A DNA stretch of 34,263 bases from Octopus bimaculoides (taxonomy: Eukaryota), in assembly GCF_001194135.2 (NCBI RefSeq), contig NC_068993.1, positions 28,549,989 through 28,584,251 on the forward strand, read 5' to 3'. The position numbers and the translations under genes were made by a program. The notes beneath the pieces are model-generated. The model worked only from the letters and a program-made list of their open reading frames with translations, searched no databases and was not told the DNA's origin. Positions 1-9,741 of the stretch are shown piece by piece (position 1 is the first letter of the stretch; each line of letters starts with the position of its first letter).

Positions 1-82
1 TATATATGCATACATACATACATACATATGTTCACCAGAGGACCATGATGGTCCTCAGGGGGACATTTGTTCCAAATTGCCT

Positions 83-279
83 TGAATATTACTCTCAACT
101 ATGATCAGCACGCTGTGTGAAATTAATATCGGAACTCGAGGTAAGTGAGCTTGTTATAAAATATATAAGCGACAGAGTCAACAATAATATCGAGAGGTAA
201 TATTTATCTCCACTTAAACGTGGATATTCTGTTAGAACAAGTTATAATGCGGTAGATACCATGATAGAAACTCTTATAT
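83..279. repeat. Left arm of a perfect 197-bp inverted repeat (partner 1403-1599), probably PLE pseudo-LTR-related
   Basis: tgaatattactctcaact...gatagaaactcttatat (83-279) is the exact reverse complement of 1403-1599 by direct reading. Confidence 0.9.
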
Positions 280-366
280 AGTCCGATGATATTTCGGAAT
301 ACAATTCCTTCTTCAGATATTCTTAGATGGAATCTGAATTGTATTCCGAAATATCATCGGACTATA
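277..366. repeat. 31-bp perfect inverted repeat / long hairpin
   Basis: tatagtccgatgatatttcggaatacaattc (277-307) and gaattgtattccgaaatatcatcggactata (336-366), 28-nt spacer. Confidence 0.9.
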
Positions 367-599
367 GATAACTATAGATAACTAAATTACAACAGGCGTA
401 TAGTCCATTTTTTTGTATTATAGTGTATTGTTGTACCATTCAAAACTTTGTATATATATATATATATAACAGGATAATGCCGTTAGTAGAGAGACAACAA
501 AAGAAGAAAAAAGAAAATAAAAGAACAGTGAAAGGCAGTAAAGTACAAAAAGATATAAGGAAGTTTAATTTTCTATAATAAGTTTTCGGATATAAAAGA

Positions 600-1206
600 A
601 AGTGAGTGACTGAATGAGTAGGTAGACAACATGTATCCTAGAGTGAGCCTTGTTGCTGGGTGTTATAGTTTATTTCGTTGTAAGCGCTTTTCGAATCAAA
701 GACTCTATTAGACTTCCTTAGTTCTTAAATTCCACTCAATTTTGGTCGGCTAATACTCCTGGAAGCAGCAAATATGTTTCCATGCATTTATCTCACTACA
801 GTGGTTCAGGCTTGGTATTTTCCTCCAAATGAAGTGTGCCTCTGTAATCTCGAGGTTGAAAGATCCCCTTCACAGTGTTAGCTTTGTTGGAATACAGCAC
901 TTGGTGGTGTGGCCTTGTAGAAATGCTCCTTCACTCGTAGGTGTCTTCATTCTTAGATGTCTTTGGTGTCTTTTACTCAACGTGTCTCTTAGTCGATCCT
1001 ATGTACCTCGCTCGATATGAACATGTCATCTAGTATACTGCGTTTGATATTAAACACAACCAGACATAGTTGCTGTGTGAGAGGTAGTCTCTTAGTGTGT
1101 GGCCTCGTCTCATGATTCTAACTGGGAGGTTAGAGCTACTGATGCTTGATTTAAAATATATATAAGCAACAGAGGCAACATTAATACATGGTCTTGTCAA
1201 TGGTGG
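600..1206 (-). mobile_element. Penelope-like element 3' remnant (linker + GIY-YIG endonuclease, degenerate)
   Basis: Minus strand reads PVRIMRRGHTLRDYLSH...CLISNAVY*MTCSYRARYIGSTKRH, then after frameshifts NLEITEAHFIWRKIPSLN...EY* (stop 750-752). This matches the VY..YIG and E..I..P.LN pattern of PLE endonucleases. Boundaries approximate. Confidence 0.75.
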
Positions 1207-1402
1207 GCGCTCGACCGCTAGAAATAGAAGCGACTCATCTCCCCGCAAACGAAAAATAGTGCCAGAACAGGCGCTGCTGTCGTGATTGGCCAGTGAACAT
1301 CCATCATTGACAAGACCAAGGAAGGTCGAAATCAAGTGAGCTGGTGGTCTCAGCGCTGGAGATGGCGGGGATTTATAAACAAGAGTGCCTTTTGAAAAGC
1401 CA

Positions 1403-1599
1403 ATATAAGAGTTTCTATCATGGTATCTACCGCATTATAACTTGTTCTAACAGAATATCCACGTTTAAGTGGAGATAAATATTACCTCTCGATATTATTG
1501 TTGACTCTGTCGCTTATATATTTTATAACAAGCTCACTTACCTCGAGTTCCGATATTAATTTCACACAGCGTGCTGATCATAGTTGAGAGTAATATTCA
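1403..1599. repeat. Right arm of the 197-bp inverted repeat, truncated by an assembly gap
   Basis: Exact reverse complement of 83-279; runs into Ns at 1600. Confidence 0.9.
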
Positions 1600-2436
1600 N
1601 NNNNNNNNNNNNNNNNNNNNNNNNNNNNNNNNNNNNNNNNNNNNNNNNNNNNNNNNNNNNNNNNNNNNNNNNNNNNNNNNNNNNNNNNNNNNNNNNNNNN
1701 NNNNNNNNNNNNNNNNNNNNNNNNNNNNNNNNNNNNNNNNNNNNNNNNNNNNNNNNNNNNNNNNNNNNNNNNNNNNNNNNNNNNNNNNNNNNNNNNNNNN
1801 NNNNNNNNNNNNNNNNNNNNNNNNNNNNNNNNNNNNNNNNNNNNNNNNNNNNNNNNNNNNNNNNNNNNNNNNNNNNNNNNNNNNNNNNNNNNNNNNNNNN
1901 NNNNNNNNNNNNNNNNNNNNNNNNNNNNNNNNNNNNNNNNNNNNNNNNNNNNNNNNNNNNNNNNNNNNNNNNNNNNNNNNNNNNNNNNNNNNNNNNNNNN
2001 NNNNNNNNNNNNNNNNNNNNNNNNNNNNNNNNNNNNNNNNNNNNNNNNNNNNNNNNNNNNNNNNNNNNNNNNNNNNNNNNNNNNNNNNNNNNNNNNNNNN
2101 NNNNNNNNNNNNNNNNNNNNNNNNNNNNNNNNNNNNNNNNNNNNNNNNNNNNNNNNNNNNNNNNNNNNNNNNNNNNNNNNNNNNNNNNNNNNNNNNNNNN
2201 NNNNNNNNNNNNNNNNNNNNNNNNNNNNNNNNNNNNNNNNNNNNNNNNNNNNNNNNNNNNNNNNNNNNNNNNNNNNNNNNNNNNNNNNNNNNNNNNNNNN
2301 NNNNNNNNNNNNNNNNNNNNNNNNNNNNNNNNNNNNNNNNNNNNNNNNNNNNNNNNNNNNNNNNNNNNNNNNNNNNNNNNNNNNNNNNNNNNNNNNNNNN
2401 NNNNNNNNNNNNNNNNNNNNNNNNNNNNNNNNNNNN
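1600..2436. other. Assembly gap (others: 4224-4392, 5726-6491, 8162-8918, 15409-15508, 16468-16627, 18515-19377, 29616-30220, 31017-31172)
   Basis: Runs of N; most abut microsatellites or lie inside repeats. Confidence 0.99.
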
Positions 2437-2901
2437 GACGAAATTGCAAAGATAATCTGGAACTTGACTGAGAAATGAAAACTCCGTATGACCCGTCCTT
2501 GTTTTCTTTGTATCGTCAATCTAGATGTTTTCTTGTCCCTTTTTTATATCACCTAACTGTCTGGATGTTTTGCGTTCTTGTCCTATTTTGTATTTTTTAT
2601 ATATAAAAAAATACAGCGGCGTACGTACACTTTGGTCTCTTATATGTAAGTATATATTTATCTAAATCTTGTACGACTCTATTATTTCTATTATTCTTTC
2701 CTTCTTTCCATCAGCCCTTTCACGCTTACTTCGTTCATTCCACTCTTCGTTCTTTCGTTCCCCCTCCCTCCTCTTTTCACTTCACTGTGTCCCTGTCATT
2801 TTTTCTCACCCCTCTTTATTTCTTCTTTCCCTCTGTCTCTACCTCTCTCTCTTCTCTCCCCACATGACCGGTGTTCGGCCAAGCCTGACCTTTCTTTCTT
2901 G
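2437..2901. repeat. Two fragments of an unclassified interspersed repeat that is also present at 32240-32890
   Basis: 2437-2640 aligns with ~32692-32890 (gcaaagataatctggaac...ggcgtacgtacacttt). About 2836-2901 aligns with ~32335-32401 (ctctcttctc..cca c.tgaccgg.gttcgg.ca.gcctga). The segments are in permuted order relative to the distal copy. Confidence 0.75.
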
Positions 2902-2946
2902 TACATTATTTACATTCGACGGGTATTTGTCATCTTGTTTGTTGTT

Positions 2947-2992
2947 AACACAACGTTTCGGCTGATATACCCTCTAGCCTTCTTCAGGTGTC
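2947..2992 (-). ncRNA. Minimal type-I hammerhead ribozyme motif (PLE/retrozyme type)
   Basis: Minus strand: GACAC-CUGAAGA-A-GGCU(12 nt)AGCC-GAAAC-GUU-GUGUU. Core boxes intact, stem I GACAC/GUGUU, stem II GGCU/AGCC, palindromic minimal stem III (AC/GU). Confidence 0.8.
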
Positions 2993-4199
2993 TTGGGGAA
3001 ATTTCGAACCTGGGTTCTATTGTTGTTGTTGTTGTTGCTGATTGTGGTGGTGCCATGAAGTAAACATGCATCAGATACACTTGTTTATTCATACAAACAT
3101 AACTGAGATGAAATATGCCATAAATAACAGTGACAAACGAAATATACACCACCGGAAGTTGTTGTTGACAAACAACAGAAGTAATTTGTTTTCACCTCAA
3201 TAGACGTCATTGGTTGGTTGAAATTACCGAAATACGACAACTTTAACACGAAATAACTTCGAAAATACACAATTTTCTCAAAAACGCCAAGAGTAAATGA
3301 TGTTTTATGTGATACATTCTACCAGTATACGAATTTTGAAAGTATTTAGTTACAAAAAAATATTTTTTAAATGTGCCGGCCAAAGGGAAGAGATCCTTCT
3401 TTTTTTATAATTGTCATTTTACTTGTAATTACGCCTTTTCTGTTTTAAAACCCATAAAAAATTATTTCAGTGGTTTTAGGGGGCTGGAACGGATTAATTA
3501 TATTTTAGTTAATTTCAATAGGGAAAATTGATTTGTAAAACGAGCAAATCGTAAGACGATGGAACGAATTAAACAGAATATCTAAACAAAGGGACGAATG
3601 CGATATTTTCGGGGGGATGAAAGTATGATATAATTGTAAGCACATCTTCAATTTCTAAATAGCGTACTTTAATCCAAAGTGCGAATGAAAATCGTATCAC
3701 TGCTTCTTCGTAGAGCTAACGCAAGTGGTTCGGTTTAAGTTGTTTTGTTTTAAAAAAATTGAAACAACCATACAAAAAGTACAACTCCAAGTACCCATCA
3801 TATTATATATATAAAAAAAAGCAAAAAAGATAAACTTCTACGAGTGAAAGAAACACTTTTGAAGTATCATCTGTAGAAGAAACAATTTTTTAAATTAGAA
3901 AACGGTCAACTTTCAAGGTGAATCCCAAAGAAATCAATATGTACTCATATGTTGCAAGGGAATTGGTCCATCAGCACACTTCAATAGATCAGAACAGCAA
4001 ACTGAAAGAAAGTCTGATAAAAATACTCGACTGTAAGGCAACACTAGACGTTTTTTCTGACAACAACTTCAAAACAGGTTAAATGTTCAAGCATTAATAA
4101 TGAAAGAAGCAGCATATATTTCTCTCCCTCCACCACCCGCAGCTTGTAATGGGAACAATGAACTCACTGTTGTGACACTCCATTTTCCTTCCACAGTTG

Positions 4200-4402
4200 C
4201 TCCTCCTCCTCCTCCTCCTCCTCNNNNNNNNNNNNNNNNNNNNNNNNNNNNNNNNNNNNNNNNNNNNNNNNNNNNNNNNNNNNNNNNNNNNNNNNNNNNN
4301 NNNNNNNNNNNNNNNNNNNNNNNNNNNNNNNNNNNNNNNNNNNNNNNNNNNNNNNNNNNNNNNNNNNNNNNNNNNNNNNNNNNNNNNNNNNNCTCCTCCT
4401 CC
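4200..4402. repeat. (CTC)n microsatellite spanning a gap
   Basis: CTC runs on both sides of gap 4224-4392. Confidence 0.9.
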
Positions 4403-4589
4403 TACTTCAATGAATCACACCTCCTACCCCCTGAGAAAGGAACTACAAGGAAACTACTAACGAAAAACAAATAATTGGTAAAAACAAGTTTACGACACAT
4501 TTTTAGATCTCCACTTTCCACTTCTCTAAAGTTAAACCAGTTAAAGACAAGAAATAATTGCGGATAACAAATACCAATAACAGTTTTAA

Positions 4590-5625
4590 AAAGTCCCAGA
4601 CCTATCTGCAAATATTATGTTAAAAAAATATATAAAACTCTGGTCATAAATATAGGTACCTCAAGCCATGCAGTAAATGTCTAAAACAGGGGAACAAAGA
4701 TTGCAGAGGATGTGTGTGCAGCACTGAATGCAAATTTTGCATCCAAAAATTCACTGGAAACAAAATAGTGCCTTAAAGTGAACTGCTGTCATATCCATAT
4801 CAAAGATACTGTGAGAACACAACGACCACCCGCTTTGCCAAAACATAGCCTCTCAGATTAGACATCTTAACCATGTCAGAATCTGTCAACAATAAAACCA
4901 TGAGGCGCAAGATCAATGTCTTCTTTTTTTTATTCATGTTAACCTAACAGGTAGAACAACTAGAACAAATTCGAACAATACAGGCAGAACATGCAACCTT
5001 CCTATAAGGAATGAGACTACAGTTGAAGAAGCCTGTACCCTACACATTGATCCTGGTATGACCACCACAACTGAGATGACCATTCAGCTCGACTCCATTG
5101 TAATGTTGAATGTACAATGTCTCTCACAATTCACTAGTCGAATTAAAGTATCATATCTCAGAAAACTTGCACACAGAGAAAAGGTATTATGTATGGCACT
5201 AACAGAAATGCACTTGATCCCAGACATTTTGGATGTAGAAGTACATATATAAGGTGACCTACTACATAGAACTGCCTGCAAAGTACAGAAACAAGGAGTA
5301 ACACTGTTCATCTGTGAAGACCTAGCAAAAAATATTCTTGTCTCACACTCCAATACCGTGTGTGATTCATTAATAAAGTGATTGACCTCAGTTTGATTAT
5401 AAGCATTACATACAATGTCCTCTTGATGCAGTTAACTTTGGTGATCACTTCAACTTTGTCACATATAAGTCAAACTTAAATGATACTAAACCACAGGCTT
5501 ATGTACTTTTAACAGGAAATTTCAATTTTTCTAAATTCAGCTGGCCGAATGGCTATATTCAACCAGGAACTACACTGGAGATTATCTAAACTTTGTATAT
5601 TCTTAAACCAAGTTATATAATGTCT
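4590..5625 (+). mobile_element. Decayed CR1/L2-like LINE 5' fragment: Cys/His-rich ORF1 remnant + N-terminal half of APE endonuclease
   Basis: SIVMLNVQCL..ALTEMHL..DILDVEVHI*GDLLHR..QGVTLFI (5097-5330) and VLLTGNFNFSKFSW (~5500-5545) match APE motifs NxxGL, xTETHL, GYxxxRxDR, GGV and GDFNxPxxxW. Upstream is PICKYY...KPCSKCLKQG..CRGC..TECKF(L)HPK. Confidence 0.7.
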
Positions 5626-6491
5626 AGCGTCTCGGATTCGACCTGAGTACTTTCAAGCAATTGTATAAAAAAACTTTTTTCGAAAGAAAAAACAATATAT
5701 ATATACTATATATATATATATATATNNNNNNNNNNNNNNNNNNNNNNNNNNNNNNNNNNNNNNNNNNNNNNNNNNNNNNNNNNNNNNNNNNNNNNNNNNN
5801 NNNNNNNNNNNNNNNNNNNNNNNNNNNNNNNNNNNNNNNNNNNNNNNNNNNNNNNNNNNNNNNNNNNNNNNNNNNNNNNNNNNNNNNNNNNNNNNNNNNN
5901 NNNNNNNNNNNNNNNNNNNNNNNNNNNNNNNNNNNNNNNNNNNNNNNNNNNNNNNNNNNNNNNNNNNNNNNNNNNNNNNNNNNNNNNNNNNNNNNNNNNN
6001 NNNNNNNNNNNNNNNNNNNNNNNNNNNNNNNNNNNNNNNNNNNNNNNNNNNNNNNNNNNNNNNNNNNNNNNNNNNNNNNNNNNNNNNNNNNNNNNNNNNN
6101 NNNNNNNNNNNNNNNNNNNNNNNNNNNNNNNNNNNNNNNNNNNNNNNNNNNNNNNNNNNNNNNNNNNNNNNNNNNNNNNNNNNNNNNNNNNNNNNNNNNN
6201 NNNNNNNNNNNNNNNNNNNNNNNNNNNNNNNNNNNNNNNNNNNNNNNNNNNNNNNNNNNNNNNNNNNNNNNNNNNNNNNNNNNNNNNNNNNNNNNNNNNN
6301 NNNNNNNNNNNNNNNNNNNNNNNNNNNNNNNNNNNNNNNNNNNNNNNNNNNNNNNNNNNNNNNNNNNNNNNNNNNNNNNNNNNNNNNNNNNNNNNNNNNN
6401 NNNNNNNNNNNNNNNNNNNNNNNNNNNNNNNNNNNNNNNNNNNNNNNNNNNNNNNNNNNNNNNNNNNNNNNNNNNNNNNNNNNNNNNNNNN

Positions 6492-6561
6492 GAACCGCTA
6501 CGTTACGGGGACGTAAACACACCAGCATCAGTTTTCAAGCGATAGTGGGGTGACAAACACA

Positions 6562-6608
<47 letters not shown>

Positions 6609-6641
6609 CGGGCTTCTTTCAGTTTCTGTCTACCAAATCCA
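6492..6641 (-). mobile_element. Internal fragment of the same SINE family as 30808-31393, with an internal (CA)n tract
   Basis: Reverse complement tggatttggtagacagaaactgaaagaagcccgtcg-(TG)n-tctgtgtttgtcacccc..cgcttga..gtgtgtttacgtc aligns with ~30935-31255. Confidence 0.85.
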
Positions 6642-6642
6642 C

Positions 6643-6726
6643 CTGTCTCCTTGTGTACCTCTGTCTCCTTGTGTACCTCTGTTTCCTTGTGTACCTCTGT
6701 TTCCTTGTGTACCTCTGTCTCCTTGT
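6643..6726. repeat. 18-bp minisatellite (ctgt[c/t]tccttgtgtacct) x4.7
   Basis: Units start at 6643, 6661, 6679, 6697 and 6715 (partial). Confidence 0.95.
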
Positions 6727-7121
6727 AATCATTGAAAAGCCAGGGAGTTCCATCAGATCACAACTATGTAGGGTGTACCCCTTTGAGAATACCACATGCA
6801 CCAATGATAACTGCATGGTATGTAAGATTAACCCTGATTACAGCATAAGGTGCATAGAGGGTGCTTGTAAAGACAAGACTATAATATACATAGGTGAGAC
6901 ATCTAGGACCATTACGGAGAGACTAAATGAATATCTGAGACAACGACAAAAAAGAATCCTCCATACTCTACCAACATGCCAAAGACCAACATGGAGGCAC
7001 ACTGGGTTTTCTTGACATTCGCATTTTATCCAAGCACCCGAAGGACCCAACACTCAAACAAGTACAAGAGTACGTCATCATTAATGAAACATCACCAGTA
7101 CTAAATAGGAAATATACATAG
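6727..7121 (+). pseudogene. Penelope-like (Neptune-type) Cys-linker + GIY-YIG endonuclease, 5'-truncated, one frameshift
   Basis: CTNDNCMVC...RCIEGACKDKTIIYIGETSRTITERLNEY, then in a shifted frame ESSILYQHAKDQHGG...KDPTLKQVQEYVIINETSPVLNRKYT*. Confidence 0.85.
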
Positions 7122-7189
7122 GTGTTATACCCTAATACCCACAGTTTATATATACACAGACAATGTTGTTAGTAGGTCGTTATTTAGGC

Positions 7190-7865
7190 GTGTATGTGTG
7201 TAGGCATGTGTAAGTGTGTCTGTGTGTGTGCGTGTGTGTGTGTACATAAATAAATATATATATGTATATATATATGTGTATATATATGTGAGTGTGTCTG
7301 TGTGTGTGCGTGTGCGTGTATGTTAATAAATATATATGTATGTATATATATATATGTGTATATGTATATATATGTGGGTAAATGAAAACGCATATGGACA
7401 GGTAATCATACAGATAGATAGGTACATAGGTAATATGGACGGACGGGTACAAACACACACATACACATATACATACAAATGAAGACTGAAACACATGACC
7501 ATATACACTCACGCACACTTCACGCAAGGACACATGTGGAGATACACATCCATACATAACAGACGCATATACATAGTCACACAAACCCATACACAGACAC
7601 ACTCAAGCATGTGTATACACATACATACATGCATGCACACGAACATGCAGATGCATACATACATATAAACATACACACATGCATACATATGTATGTACAT
7701 GCAGAGTACATACATACATATAAACGTACACATGCATACACATGCATGTGTGTATGCATACACACATATGCATGCATACACATACATACATCCATACACA
7801 CACACATACATAATACATACATAAACATGTGTATGCGCACGCACACTGACACACACGCATGTGTA
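7190..7865. repeat. Compound (TG/TA/CATA) microsatellite-rich low-complexity tract
   Basis: Alternating purine-pyrimidine repeats; the overlapping ORFs are compositional artefacts. Confidence 0.9.
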
Positions 7866-8119
7866 CAAAATAAAAAAAAGAACGCAATTTCGATAACGGA
7901 AAGAGTCAACGACTATTGAAAAGGTTACAAGTCGCAACGAAAATGTTAGCAAAAATAAATAAGTAAATGAGTGGAAATCGCTGAGTGTGTTAAATTAATA
8001 AGGCATTAAAAGAGAATGACTCTTTCCAGACACAATAAAATAAGCTTCAACACACGAATTCATATAAAGAATTTTCAAACCAAATACAGAACGAAATATA
8101 TATGTATGTATGTGTGTAT

Positions 8120-8161
<42 letters not shown>

Positions 8162-8918
8162 NNNNNNNNNNNNNNNNNNNNNNNNNNNNNNNNNNNNNNN
8201 NNNNNNNNNNNNNNNNNNNNNNNNNNNNNNNNNNNNNNNNNNNNNNNNNNNNNNNNNNNNNNNNNNNNNNNNNNNNNNNNNNNNNNNNNNNNNNNNNNNN
8301 NNNNNNNNNNNNNNNNNNNNNNNNNNNNNNNNNNNNNNNNNNNNNNNNNNNNNNNNNNNNNNNNNNNNNNNNNNNNNNNNNNNNNNNNNNNNNNNNNNNN
8401 NNNNNNNNNNNNNNNNNNNNNNNNNNNNNNNNNNNNNNNNNNNNNNNNNNNNNNNNNNNNNNNNNNNNNNNNNNNNNNNNNNNNNNNNNNNNNNNNNNNN
8501 NNNNNNNNNNNNNNNNNNNNNNNNNNNNNNNNNNNNNNNNNNNNNNNNNNNNNNNNNNNNNNNNNNNNNNNNNNNNNNNNNNNNNNNNNNNNNNNNNNNN
8601 NNNNNNNNNNNNNNNNNNNNNNNNNNNNNNNNNNNNNNNNNNNNNNNNNNNNNNNNNNNNNNNNNNNNNNNNNNNNNNNNNNNNNNNNNNNNNNNNNNNN
8701 NNNNNNNNNNNNNNNNNNNNNNNNNNNNNNNNNNNNNNNNNNNNNNNNNNNNNNNNNNNNNNNNNNNNNNNNNNNNNNNNNNNNNNNNNNNNNNNNNNNN
8801 NNNNNNNNNNNNNNNNNNNNNNNNNNNNNNNNNNNNNNNNNNNNNNNNNNNNNNNNNNNNNNNNNNNNNNNNNNNNNNNNNNNNNNNNNNNNNNNNNNNN
8901 NNNNNNNNNNNNNNNNNN

Positions 8919-8971
<53 letters not shown>

Positions 8972-9189
8972 GGGAAAGTAAGAAGAAAAATAAGCGAAGA
9001 TGCACATTGGAAATCCCCAAAAGTAAAGGCTTTTTATGAAAAGTAACGATATATATATATAATTAGATGAACTGAGGTAGGAATAAAAGTAATAAAAGTC
9101 ATTATTGTGAGTTGTTAAAGAGATTCAAAAGCATACCGGTTTCGTAATATTACTAATCATTGCTTTGAATGCACACCGAATACTCAGTA

Positions 9190-9617
9190 TTCCATTTATG
9201 GGTGAAGTGGAGAAGAGAAGTGAGATGGAACAGGAAGTAGTCGCTAGTTATGCATCAGCTACAACAAAAGGTTTAAACACCAACACTCTGGAAGTGCGAG
9301 AGGTCAAGATAGAACCCAGAAAATGGAAAGAATGCAGTAAACTGATAGAAGGTGAAGGAGCCAGTTTGAAGCTGACCCCACCTGAGGAACTAATCAAACC
9401 CTTCATGAACTGTTTAAAAATGTAAGTAAAATTTATTTGGAGAAAAAGAAAAAAAAAGAAGCATAGACTTTTAAAAGGGAAGAATAAAAGGAAAAAGAAA
9501 ATGATGCTAAAAGAAAAAATAAAGAGAAAGAAAAACTTTGTACAACTGTATGATTCAAAGTTAAATGGTACTGCTTGAGAATGTGGGGCTGCTCAATGCA
9601 GCCATTGCATCATCATT
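9190..9617 (+). mobile_element. Unit A1: internally deleted ORF1-only L1/Tx1-like element (family A)
   Basis: ATG at 9198, MGEVEK..SYASAT..LKLTPPEELIKPFMNC. The N-terminus is fused in frame to the family-A C-terminus. The 3' end gttaaatggtactgcttgaga...tcaatgcagccattgcatcatcatt is shared with A3. Confidence 0.8.
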
Positions 9618-9741
9618 TATTTATTATCATTTTATACATTTTCATTTGTTTTATGTTTTTTGTTCCCACTGTGGCGTTGTGTCTGTCCTTGTGCTGTCCC
9701 CTCTGTGTTAGGACCATAGTGCCTAATAAAGAATCAGTCAG
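9618..9741 (+). mobile_element. Orphan LINE-type 3' tail 'E' (copy 1)
   Basis: Aligns with 25250-25382. Contains the gctgtcccctct motif seen in the LINE 3' UTRs, AATAAA at 9725-9730, and ends in cagtcag. Confidence 0.75.

Noticed and set aside
38-56. Palindrome gaggaccat-g-atggtcctc, with CTGAGGA on the minus strand
   Set aside because: No GAAA box or stem III follows; a short palindrome with no assignable function.
1301-1349. Hammerhead-like ccatca-TTGACAA-gacc-aaggaa-ggtc-GAAA-tcaa
   Set aside because: Stem II and GAAA are present, but the CUGANGA box has two mismatches and no NUH site fits; at best a dead relic.
3465-3575. Segment reminiscent of Tigger/pogo MITE subterminal sequence
   Set aside because: No matching TIR pair or TA TSD could be found by eye.
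6643-6726. CRISPR-like array
   Set aside because: Contiguous units without spacers, in a eukaryotic context; a minisatellite.
1562-9046. Long ORFs of 290-430 aa in the ORF track (here and at the later gaps)
   Set aside because: They consist almost entirely of X from N-gaps plus microsatellite translations; not genes.
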